Positions 11,222 to 20,400 of a DNA stretch of 64,000 nucleotides are shown one piece after another. Position 1 is the first letter of the stretch. Every line of letters starts with the position of its first letter. Source of the stretch: an uncultured Myxococcales bacterium (GTDB lineage: Bacteria; Myxococcota_A; Bradymonadia; UBA7976; UBA1532); contig CAINDO010000261.1 in assembly GCA_903847385.1 (NCBI GenBank), positions 108 to 64,107 of the forward strand. The letters are read 5' to 3'. The translations under genes were made by a program, and so were the position numbers. Under the pieces are notes generated by a model. The model searched no databases and had not been told where the DNA came from. It was given only the letters and a program-made list of their open reading frames with translations.

Positions 11222-13390
11222 TCAACCTCCCTGCACGTCGGGGTGGCCCACGACCAGGGCGGCGTTCTGCCCACCGAAGCCGAAGGAGTTGCTGACGGCG
11301 ATGTCGATGGTGGCCGCCCGGGACGTCTGCCCGACCAGGTCCAGGTCGATGCGGGCGTCCACCTGCCGCAGGTTCGGATTCGGCGGAAGGTGTCCAGTGG
11401 CGAACGCGGCCAGGCAGGCGAGCAGCTCCACGGCGCCGGCGGCGGCGATGGTGTGGCCGATCTGTGCTTTCGCGCTGCTCACGGGCGGTGCGGCGGCCCC
11501 GAACACGCGCCGGATGGCCTGGGACTCGATGGCGTCGTTGAGCGGTGTGCCCGTGCCGTGGGCGTTGATGTAGCCGACGCGACCCCCCTCGACGCCGGCG
11601 TCCGACAGGGCGCGTCGCATCGCGCGTTCGGCGCCCGCGCCCTCGGGGTGGGGGGCGGTGACGTTGAATGCGTCCGAGCTCGTGCCGTGGCCGAGCAGCA
11701 GGCCGTGCACCCGGCGCCCCGCAGCGCGGGCGCGCGCGAGGGGCTCGAGGACGTAAAACACGCCGGCCTCGCCCATCACGAAGCCATCGCGGTGCTGGTC
11801 GAAGGGCCGCGCGGCCGTCGCCGGATCGGCGTTGGGGGTCGTCGCGCCGAGCAGGATGAACGGCAGGAGACCGAACGGATGGACCATCGAGTCGGCGGCC
11901 CCCGCCAGCACGACCTCGGCCTCGCCGCGGCGCAGGACGTCCACCGCGTGACCGATCGCGGCGGCGCCGGCGGCACAGGCGCTGAAGTGGTGCGAGCGCA
12001 AGCCGCGCAAGGCGAGGTGCGCGGCGACGAGGTCCATGGGCCGCTCGACGGCGTGGCGGCGCGGGGCTTGGGGGCTGGCGGACGCGGGCGACCGGCCGAA
12101 TTTCGCGTAGTCGAATCGACCGTCGGCGTCGAGGAACGGCAGGCAGTCCTCTTCGAGCTCGCGCAAGCTCACGCTCGACAGGCCCGTGCCGTAGATCAGC
12201 GCCGCGCCGCTCGGCAGGGCCTCACCGAAGTCGGCGACCGCGGCGAGCGCGGCGGCGATGGCCAGCTCACCTTTGCGGTCGTCGAGGCCGCGCATCTGCG
12301 CGGCGAGCGGCTCGGGGAGCGACTCGGCGTCGAAGTCGGGCACCTCGCAGGCGAGCTGCACGGGGAACCCGGCCCGGGGGAACGCCCGGATGGTCGCGAC
12401 GGCGGACTCACCGGCGACGAGGCGCGCCATGAAGCCGGCGGCGTCCCCGCCGAGGGGCGTGCGCAGGCCGATGCCGGTGATCGCGATGGCCTCGGGGGCG
12501 GACTTGACGTGAACGGCGGGGGCCTTCGCACGGCCGACGGCGGTGTCCGGCGCCTCGAGCTGGACGACCAGCGAGAGCAGCGCCTCCGCTGCGCCGGCGC
12601 GCCCGAATGGCGCGGGCGAGGGCGTCGCGTCGAGCAGGTGGCGTGCGGTGCCGAGCGAGACCGCGCCCCGCGCCTCCGCCGACGCCTGCGTCTCCAGCAC
12701 GACGACCACGGCCGCCTCGGCCACGGCGTCGACCTCGCCCCGACGAAACGCCGAGACGCGGTCGGGGAAGTCGATGGCGGCGTCGGCCGCCGCCACGATG
12801 CAGATCGCGGCGCGCCCGCTCTCCAGCGCGTACAGCGCCTCGCGCAGCGCCTGCGGCCCGCCCGCCATGCCGGCGCACAGCGCCATGCCCGGCCCGTGCA
12901 GGCCGAGCGCGATGGCCACGTGCGCGTGGCTCATGTTCGGGAGCGTCTTGATCGAGGACAGCGGGTTCATCTGCCGCAGGCCCTCTTCGGACAGCCGCGG
13001 AAGGTCGACCCGGTCACCGTCCCGGCCGCGCGAGACCGTCGGCAGGACGTCGTCCATGTTGCCCGGCTCCTGGCCCACGGCCACGAAGAGCCCGGCGTCC
13101 TCCAGGAGGGGCGAGCCCTCGAGCCCGGCGGCGCGCACGGCCATCTGCGCGGCGGCCGAGGCGAGCACGTTGGCCCGCGCCATGAGCTTCAGATCCTTGC
13201 GGCGACGCACCCAGGCGCCGGGGTCGAAGCTGGCGGGGGCCCGCGCGATCCACGGCCGCTCCAGCGCGGGCCGCTCGTCGTCGGGCGGCGGCGCGGCGAC
13301 GGCCTCGGCGGCTTCCCAACGGCGCCGGATCTCGCCGACCTCCGTACCGTAGGGCGTGACGAACCCCAGGCCGGTGACGACGATGTTCAC
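11222..13390 (-). CDS. Fusion of a truncated non-catalytic KS-like (CLF) domain and an intact FabF-type ketosynthase
   Basis: GTG start overlapping the upstream TGA (GTGA). N-domain has VVTGLG, RKDLKLM and GMALCAGM (Cys->Met), no HGTG. C-domain from about 12490 has IAITGIG, FSACAAG, HGTGT, KAQIGH, SNSFGFGG. Confidence 0.85.
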   Translation of the reverse strand: MNIVVTGLGFVTPYGTEVGEIRRRWEAAEAVAAPPPDDERPALERPWIARAPASFDPGAWVRRRKDLKLMARANVLASAAAQMAVRAAGLEGSPLLEDAGLFVAVGQEPGNMDDVLPTVSRGRDGDRVDLPRLSEEGLRQMNPLSSIKTLPNMSHAHVAIALGLHGPGMALCAGMAGGPQALREALYALESGRAAICIVAAADAAIDFPDRVSAFRRGEVDAVAEAAVVVVLETQASAEARGAVSLGTARHLLDATPSPAPFGRAGAAEALLSLVVQLEAPDTAVGRAKAPAVHVKSAPEAIAITGIGLRTPLGGDAAGFMARLVAGESAVATIRAFPRAGFPVQLACEVPDFDAESLPEPLAAQMRGLDDRKGELAIAAALAAVADFGEALPSGAALIYGTGLSSVSLRELEEDCLPFLDADGRFDYAKFGRSPASASPQAPRRHAVERPMDLVAAHLALRGLRSHHFSACAAGAAAIGHAVDVLRRGEAEVVLAGAADSMVHPFGLLPFILLGATTPNADPATAARPFDQHRDGFVMGEAGVFYVLEPLARARAAGRRVHGLLLGHGTSSDAFNVTAPHPEGAGAERAMRRALSDAGVEGGRVGYINAHGTGTPLNDAIESQAIRRVFGAAAPPVSSAKAQIGHTIAAAGAVELLACLAAFATGHLPPNPNLRQVDARIDLDLVGQTSRAATIDIAVSNSFGFGGQNAALVVGHPDVQGG

Positions 13391-14646
13391 GCCTGATACC
13401 GCCCCACGGCCAGGGTGCCGTTGCTCCCGCCGAACCCGAACGCGTTCGAGAGGGCGACGTCCACCCGGGTGGCGCGGGCCTCGCCGGGCACGTAGTCCAG
13501 CGGGCAGGCCGGATCGGCGTGTTCGTAGTTGAGCGTTTGCGGGATCAGGCCCGTCGAGATGGCCTTCACGCAGACGATCAGCTCGACGGCGGCGCAGGCC
13601 GCGACCAGGTGGCCCATCATCGACTTGGTGGACGAGACGGGGACCTTGTACGCGGTCTCGCCCAGCGCCCCCAGGATGCCGGCGGACTCCGAGGCGTCGT
13701 TCTGTTGCGTGCTGGTGCCGTGGGCGTTGATGTAGTCGATGTCTTCGGGCTTCAGGCCCGCGTCCTTCATCGCCATGACCATGGACTGGCGGGCGCCGCG
13801 GCCGTCGGGCGGGCTGTCGGTGATGCGCCAGGCATTCGCCGAGCAGCCGTAGCCCAGGAGCTCGGCATGGATTCGGGCGCCGCGGGCGAGCGCGTGCTCC
13901 AGGCGCTCGAGCACCAGGAACCCCGCGCCCTCGCCGAGGACGAAGCCGTCCCGCGTGCGGTCGAAGGGGCGGCAGGCGGCCTTGGGGTCGTCGTTGCGCT
14001 GCGAGAGCGCGCCGAGGAGGCCGAAGCCCATGACCATCAGCTCCTCGACCAGGCGGTCCGTGCCGCCGGCGAGCATCACGTCGGCGTCCCCGCGCCGAAG
14101 AATGCGCACGGCGTCGCCGATGGACTGCGCGCTGCTGGTGCAGGCGGTGCTCGTGGTCAGGTTCGGGCCGGCGGCCTGGTTCAGGTGGGCCAGGAGCGTG
14201 GCGGGGTAGAACGCCGCCATCACCAGGAACTCCTTGGGGTCCACCGTGCCGAAGGCCTCTTCGGGCGAAGTGCGCTTCAACGCCTTGATTCGCTCGGCCA
14301 CAAGGGGCAGATCCGGGCGGCTGACCTCGGCGCCCACGCTCACGCCGAAGCGGAACGGGTCGACCTCGCCGGGCTTCAGGCCGGCGTCCGCCATGGCCTC
14401 GGCCGCCGCGGCCGCCGCGAAGGCGCTCTTCGGGTCGGACCAGTGGGCGTAGCGGCCGGGCAGGTCGATGTCCGGCGTCTCCTGGATCTCGGCGGCGAAC
14501 TTCGTGGGGAAGCCCGAGGCGTCGAATCGCTTGATGAAGTCCACCGCGGAGCGGCCCTGAATCAGGCCCTCCCAGGTCCGGGCGACGTCCGGACCCATGG
14601 GGGTCACGCAACCGAGGCCGGTGATCACCACCCGCGATCGTTTCAT
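13387..14646 (-). CDS. fabF: Beta-ketoacyl-ACP synthase II (FabF-like), intact Cys-His-His triad
   Basis: MKRSRVVITGLG, TSTACTSS, HGTST, KSMMGH, SNAFGFGG. Confidence 0.9.
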   Translation of the reverse strand: MKRSRVVITGLGCVTPMGPDVARTWEGLIQGRSAVDFIKRFDASGFPTKFAAEIQETPDIDLPGRYAHWSDPKSAFAAAAAAEAMADAGLKPGEVDPFRFGVSVGAEVSRPDLPLVAERIKALKRTSPEEAFGTVDPKEFLVMAAFYPATLLAHLNQAAGPNLTTSTACTSSAQSIGDAVRILRRGDADVMLAGGTDRLVEELMVMGFGLLGALSQRNDDPKAACRPFDRTRDGFVLGEGAGFLVLERLEHALARGARIHAELLGYGCSANAWRITDSPPDGRGARQSMVMAMKDAGLKPEDIDYINAHGTSTQQNDASESAGILGALGETAYKVPVSSTKSMMGHLVAACAAVELIVCVKAISTGLIPQTLNYEHADPACPLDYVPGEARATRVDVALSNAFGFGGSNGTLAVGRYQA

Positions 14647-15149
14647 CCGCGCTCCCGCAGTGCCGCGTTCCATGCTTTGTAGCCCGGCCACATCTGGCTC
14701 AGGTTCTCGCGTTCGAGCCGCTCCAGCGTCGCCTGCGCCTCGGGCGTGTCGAGGTCGCCCGGGTTGAAGACGAACACGAGCTCGGCCTCCGTCGTGATCT
14801 TGCCGTCGAGGCGGGCGGCGGCCTTGCAGATGGCCGACTCGTCGCGCAGCTCGAGGATCTGCGTCTCGAGTTCGAGCGCGACGCCCGGCGTGACGAAACG
14901 CCGGAACTTGGCCTTCTTGACGATGCTGATGATGGGCCAGACCCACCGGGCGTCGTTCTGGAAGACCGTGACCTCGATCAACTTGCCGGAGAGCTGCGCG
15001 AGCGCTTCGATCTGAAGCACCCCCGGCAACACCGGAAAGCCGGGAAAGTGGTCGGCGAAGTAGTCTTCGCTGGCGGCCACGCCTTTGAAACCGCGGGCTT
15101 TTTCACCCGGCACGAGCTCGACGATTCGATCCAGGAAGACCCAACGCAT
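14643..15149 (-). CDS. fabZ: 3-hydroxyacyl-ACP dehydratase (FabZ family)
   Basis: FLDRI, HFPGFPVLPGVLQIEALAQ, KFRRFVTPG. Confidence 0.85.
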   Translation of the reverse strand: MRWVFLDRIVELVPGEKARGFKGVAASEDYFADHFPGFPVLPGVLQIEALAQLSGKLIEVTVFQNDARWVWPIISIVKKAKFRRFVTPGVALELETQILELRDESAICKAAARLDGKITTEAELVFVFNPGDLDTPEAQATLERLERENLSQMWPGYKAWNAALRERG

Positions 15150-15276
15150 GGGTCGGAACCTTAAACGCCGCGCCCCGCGGATTCAAGCACCGCATCCGGG
15201 CACGCGCGGCCATTGACGAACGCGCCCGCGCTGCGCAATGTGGGGCATCGACAGCACCCGTGCCCGGGGAGAACTC

Positions 15277-16074
15277 ATGCCCGAGATGATCGTCAAGCAG
15301 GACGCCGTTCGCAGTCAGGCCACGCTGAAGAAGGTCGAAGAAGAGATCGACCAGAAGCAGAGCAGCGGCAACTCGCAGCAGAGCTACGCGCGCAACGAGC
15401 AGGTCAAGGCCCAGGCCAAGAAGCAGGCCGAAGAGGCCGAGACCCGCAAGAAGCTCCAGCAGAGCGAGAAGAAGGTCGTCGGCCTCGAGAAGAAGAAGCA
15501 GCAGCTCGAGAAGAAGGCCGCCGGGCAGAAGAACCAGGGCGAGAAGGCCGAGCAGTCGCCGGCCGAGAAGTCCCGGACCGAGCAGCACGACAAGAAGAAG
15601 GTCTCGGCCAAGAAGGGCGAGGACGCCGCCAAGGCCAACGAGGAGAAGCAGGAGAAGGTCAAGGCCGCTAAGGTCCCCGACAAGGAGTCCGTCAAGGCCG
15701 CCAAGGAGAAGACGGACGAGGCCGAGAAGGCCAAGGAAGAGGAGACCGTCGAGGAGGTCAAGGCCGACAAGAAGGAGGAGGAGGAGGAGAAGGACGAGAG
15801 CGCCAAGCCCTCGGCCGCCTCACTCGCCAAGGTCAAGGGCAAAGCGAAGCCCGACGCGGCCGCCGCCCAGCTCAAGGTCGTCAAGGCCAACCTCGGCAAG
15901 GCCTACCAGGAGCAGCAGGCCCTCACGCGGCAGTTGATCTCCATCCTCAACGGCCTCGCCGGCCTCGAGACGAACCTCGAGAAGCGCCGCAAGCTGCAGG
16001 GCGAGGCCAAGGCCAAGCTGCCCGAGCAGTTGCACAAACTCGACCACAAGGTGGCCGACCTCAAGCGCGGGTGA
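15277..16074 (+). CDS. Hypothetical Lys/Glu/Gln-rich, highly charged protein (coiled coil or disordered)
   Basis: GGGAGA RBS before ATG 15277; strong AAG/GAG codon usage; no signal peptide or known motif. Confidence 0.75.
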   Translation: MPEMIVKQDAVRSQATLKKVEEEIDQKQSSGNSQQSYARNEQVKAQAKKQAEEAETRKKLQQSEKKVVGLEKKKQQLEKKAAGQKNQGEKAEQSPAEKSRTEQHDKKKVSAKKGEDAAKANEEKQEKVKAAKVPDKESVKAAKEKTDEAEKAKEEETVEEVKADKKEEEEEKDESAKPSAASLAKVKGKAKPDAAAAQLKVVKANLGKAYQEQQALTRQLISILNGLAGLETNLEKRRKLQGEAKAKLPEQLHKLDHKVADLKRG

Positions 16075-16083
16075 GCCGGGGCC

Positions 16084-17307
16084 TCAGGCCTTCGGACCAC
16101 CCTCGACGACGCGGCCCTTCCAGACCGCGCCGCGCCCGGACTTGATGCGCCAGGCGCTGTTCCAGAACACGGCCAGCACGATCAGCATGCCGAGGGGGAA
16201 CGTCCAGAACAGGCCCCATCGGTACCCGTGCGTCCGGTGTCCGACGGCGTCCGTGGCCAGGATGAGGCCACATGCCACGGCCTCGAGCCCCAGAAACAGC
16301 GGCTCGAAGGGCAGGCCGGCGGCGAGATAGGCCAGGTTCTTGGCCAGGAGGACGAAGGGCAGCAGGCTCGACGCGAAGAGCAGCAGCGTGACGATCGCCG
16401 TGGCGATGAGGCTGTACCCGAGGGCCGGGAAGAGGTTCTTCGTCCAGCCCTGCCAGATCTCGTTCAGGCCCGTGTACATGCGGCAGGAGAACACGGCGGG
16501 ACCGTAGTAGAGCCGGTACCGGACCTTCTCCTGCTTGGCGCGTTTGGCGAAGTCGACGTCGTCCAGGACGCTGCCCTTGATGGCGGCGTGCCCGCCGAGG
16601 CGATCGTAGGCGTCCCGCCGGAACAGCAGGCACTGGCCGTTGGCCAGGGCGCGCTCGTGCTCGGGATCGTTGACCTCGGGCAGGGGATTGCCGCCGGCGA
16701 TGACCGCGCCCATGCGCGTCTGAACGACCCGCTCCCAGAACGACTCGACGGTCAGGCGGCCGAGCGCGCTGGCCATCTCGGCCTCTTGCGCGATCACGCG
16801 CCCGAGCAGACGCTGGAGGCCCCCGGGCGTGACCCGGACGTCCGCGTCCAGAAAGAGGAGCCAGTCACCCGTGGCCGCGGCCTGCCCCAGATGCAGTGCG
16901 TGCGGCTTGCCCAGCCAGCCCGGCGGCGGGTCGGCGCCCTGGACCACGCTCAGGCGACGCTCCGACCCGGCGATGCGGGCCAGGATGTCGCCGGTCCCGT
17001 CCGTGGAGCGGTCGTCGATGGCGACGATCTCCAGCGGTCCCGGCCAGCCGGCGTCGAGAATGCTTCGGACGCAGGCCTCGATGTTCGAGGCCTCGTTGCG
17101 CGCCGGGATCAAGACGGTCAGAGACGGGCAGGGCTCGGGCAGGGGATCCGGCGCCGTGTCCGCCGTGAGGCTGACCTCCGGGGGCTGGACGTCCCCCCGC
17201 AGCATCTTGAGGAGATTGGCTCCCCAGGCCGCGCAGAGGAGCCCGAGGCCGCCGACGGAGGCCCAGTGGCCGAGGGTCGCCGAGAGTGTCGCGGGGGATG
17301 CTTCCAT
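16084..17307 (-). CDS. Membrane GT2 glycosyltransferase (CrtQ/HpnB-like, lipid acceptor)
   Basis: LIPARNE, DDRSTDGT, GWLGKPHA, LFLDADV, ANGQCLL, DDVDF, RMY...WQGWTKNL; C-terminal TM helices. Confidence 0.88.
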   Translation of the reverse strand: MEASPATLSATLGHWASVGGLGLLCAAWGANLLKMLRGDVQPPEVSLTADTAPDPLPEPCPSLTVLIPARNEASNIEACVRSILDAGWPGPLEIVAIDDRSTDGTGDILARIAGSERRLSVVQGADPPPGWLGKPHALHLGQAAATGDWLLFLDADVRVTPGGLQRLLGRVIAQEAEMASALGRLTVESFWERVVQTRMGAVIAGGNPLPEVNDPEHERALANGQCLLFRRDAYDRLGGHAAIKGSVLDDVDFAKRAKQEKVRYRLYYGPAVFSCRMYTGLNEIWQGWTKNLFPALGYSLIATAIVTLLLFASSLLPFVLLAKNLAYLAAGLPFEPLFLGLEAVACGLILATDAVGHRTHGYRWGLFWTFPLGMLIVLAVFWNSAWRIKSGRGAVWKGRVVEGGPKA

Positions 17308-17407
17308 GGGGAGAAGTACTTTACTCCAGATCAGTGCAAGTTCTGGGCGTTTACTGGGCTTTCACCTTTGAAGTAGATTGCGGCCCATACAGAGTCGGGG
17401 AGACACC

Positions 17408-20400
17408 ATGGTTCTCAAGAAGTTGAGTCTCGCGGCCACCTTGGGCGCGCTCGTGCTGACCGCCTGCGGCAAAGACGCAGGGGGGGGTGACGAAAACGCG
17501 GGCGGGGCCGGTGGGGCGGGCGGCGACATCGTCGGCGCCGACATCGGCGGCGGGGCGGGCGGCAGCGTCGCCCGACCGGACGCGGCCATCGAACCCGACG
17601 CGCGCCTCGCCGCGTGCTCGGACGGCGCGGACAACGACGCCGACGGCAAGACGGACGCCGACGACCCCGGCTGCGCCAACCCCAGCGACATCGACGAGAC
17701 CGATCCGCCCGCGCCCCCGGCCTGCGGCGACACGATCGACAACGACCAGGACGGCTACACGGACTTCCCGGGCGACCCCGGCTGCGGTTCCGCCCAGGAC
17801 ACCACCGAGGACAACCCGCCGCAGCCCCCGCAGTGCAACAACGGCATCGACGACGACCACGACAACCTGGTCGACGAGCAGGATCCCGGGTGCACCAGCC
17901 CCGCCGACCCCTCCGAGGAAGATCCGGACGAGGCTCCGGCCTGCCTGGACGGCGTCGACAACGACGGCGACGGCATCGCCGACTTCCCCTTCGATCCGGG
18001 CTGCCGCAGCGCCGGTGACTCGGACGAGCTCAACCCGCCCAACGCGCCGGCCTGCGCGGACGGGGACGACAACGACGGCGACGCCCTCGTCGACTATCCG
18101 GACGATCCGGGCTGCACCGGCGCCGGCGACTCCGACGAAGAGGACAAGGCCGTGCGCCCGGCCTGCGCGGACGGGCTGGACAACGACCGCGACGGCCACA
18201 TCGACTACCCCGACGACGACGGCTGCCAGGCGGCGGCCGACTACGACGAGCGCGGCAGCTGCGGCGATCGGTACGATCCGCCCGTCGTGATGGCCGGCGT
18301 GCCCGTCGTCACGGACATCAGCCGCGGCGTTTTCCGCAGCCACGGCACCTGCGGTGGCCAGGGCAACCCCGAGACGGTCTTCCTGTACCGCGTCGAGCGC
18401 CGCCTCGAGGCCCTGGAGATCACGACGGTCGGTGAGGGCACCACGGTCGCGACGACCCTCTACGTGCGCCGCCAGGCCTGCCTGGACGACGCCGCCGAGG
18501 TCGGCTGCGACCGCGAGCCCGACGGCCTCATGCCGCCCGGCCACGCGCTGCGCATCGAGAACCCGGATCGCGGCGACTACTACATCTTCGTCGACGGCGT
18601 CGCCGGCGCCGCCGGTCCCGTGCAGTTGACGGTCAACGAGGTCCAGCAGGCCGAGTGCCTCAACGGCGTCGACGACGACGGCAACGGGCGTGTCGATTAC
18701 CCCTCGGACCCCGGCTGCGACGAGGCACAGGATCGCGACGAGACGGCCCCCGCCGATCCGCCCGCCTGCGCCAACGACGAGGACGACGATGGCGACGGCG
18801 CGGTCGACTACCCCCTGGACTTCGGCTGCATCTCCGCCGCCGGCAACAGCGAGGTCGACCGCTGCGGTCAGGGCGTGCGGTTCCAGGAGTTCCCGGCCGA
18901 CCGCGACTTCGTGCTCGGCGACACCTCGATGGGCACCAACGAGATGTCCGGGTCCTGCGGTGGCCGCAATCAGAAAGAGATCATTTTCCACTACTCCAAC
19001 CCGTTCAACGCGCGTTTGACGTTCAGCACCAACCACCCGGAGACGACGGTGCCGACGGTCGTCTACGGACGACGCGACTGCGACGGCGCCGAGCTGCCCG
19101 CGCCGGCCGGTTGTGACGACGGTGCGCTCGGCGGCATGCAGCACGGTCGCATCACGATCGACCGCGCGGCCGTGGGCGACTACTGGATCATCGTCGACAC
19201 GACGCTCGGTCAGGGTGGTCCCTTCAAGCTCTCCGTGGACGTCCGCCGCCTCGATCCGGGGTGCGTCGACGGCCGCGACAACGACGGCGACGGCGCGGTG
19301 GACGGTGACGACCCCGGCTGCGAAGACGCCGCCGACGAGGACGAGGCCGATCCGCCGGCCAACGCGGCGCGCGCGGCCTGCCGCAATGACGCCGACGACG
19401 ACGGCGACGGCTTCATCGACTTCCCCTACGATCCGGGCTGCTCCGCCCGCGGCGACGCCGACGAGGCCGATCCCGAGGTCGTCCCCCAGTGCGCGAACGG
19501 CGCGGACGACGACGAGGACACGCGCTTCGACTTCCCGCTCGACCCCGGCTGCCAGAGCCGCGGCGACGACAATGAGCGCAACCCGGTGCCCGCGCCGTTG
19601 TGCGGCAACGCCATCGACGACGACATGGACGGCCGCGCCGACTACCCGCAGGACCCGGGCTGCTACGCCGCCGGCGACGCGACCGAGGTCGACCCCGACA
19701 TCGATCCCACCTGCAGCAATACGCTCGACGACGACCGCGACGGCATCGCCGACTTCCCCTTCGATCCGGGCTGCGAGGCCGCCGGCGATCCGGACGAGAC
19801 GGACCCGGCCCCCGAGGACATGCCGGCCTGCAGCAACGACATCGACGACGACGACGACGGCGTGCCCGACTTCCCGCTCGATTTCGGTTGCGGCTACGCG
19901 GCGGACCCCTCGGAGACGGGCGCGGCCTTCCCGCCGCAGTGTGGCAATGCCCGCGACGACGACGGCGACGGCCGCACCGACTTCCCCGATGATCCGGGCT
20001 GCCGCTTCGCCGCGGACAACGACGAGGTCAACATGGGTCGCCTGCCCCCGCGCTGCAACGACGGCGTGGACAACGACTTCGACGGCCTCACCGACTTCAG
20101 CGACCTCGGCTGCCTGGACGCCGAGGACGACAGCGAGGACGACGGCGCCGAGATCCCGCTCTGCGGGGACGACGTGGACAACGACGGCGACGGCAGCACC
20201 GACTGGCCGGACGACGTGGGCTGCCAGGCCCGCGGCGACCTGACCGAGGATCAGGGGTGCCGCCCCGCCGTGGAGACGCCGCTGGTACCGCGCAACGGCA
20301 CCGTGTCGGGCATGACCGTCCTGGACGGCCCGGACAACTACACGAGCCGGTGCGGTGGCCGCCAGGCGCCGGAGGCCGTGTACAAGTACGTGCTCGCCGC

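Noticed and set aside
17612-20250. Regularly spaced repeats resembling a CRISPR array
   Set aside because: In-frame degenerate protein repeats; no identical repeat-spacer structure and no cas genes.
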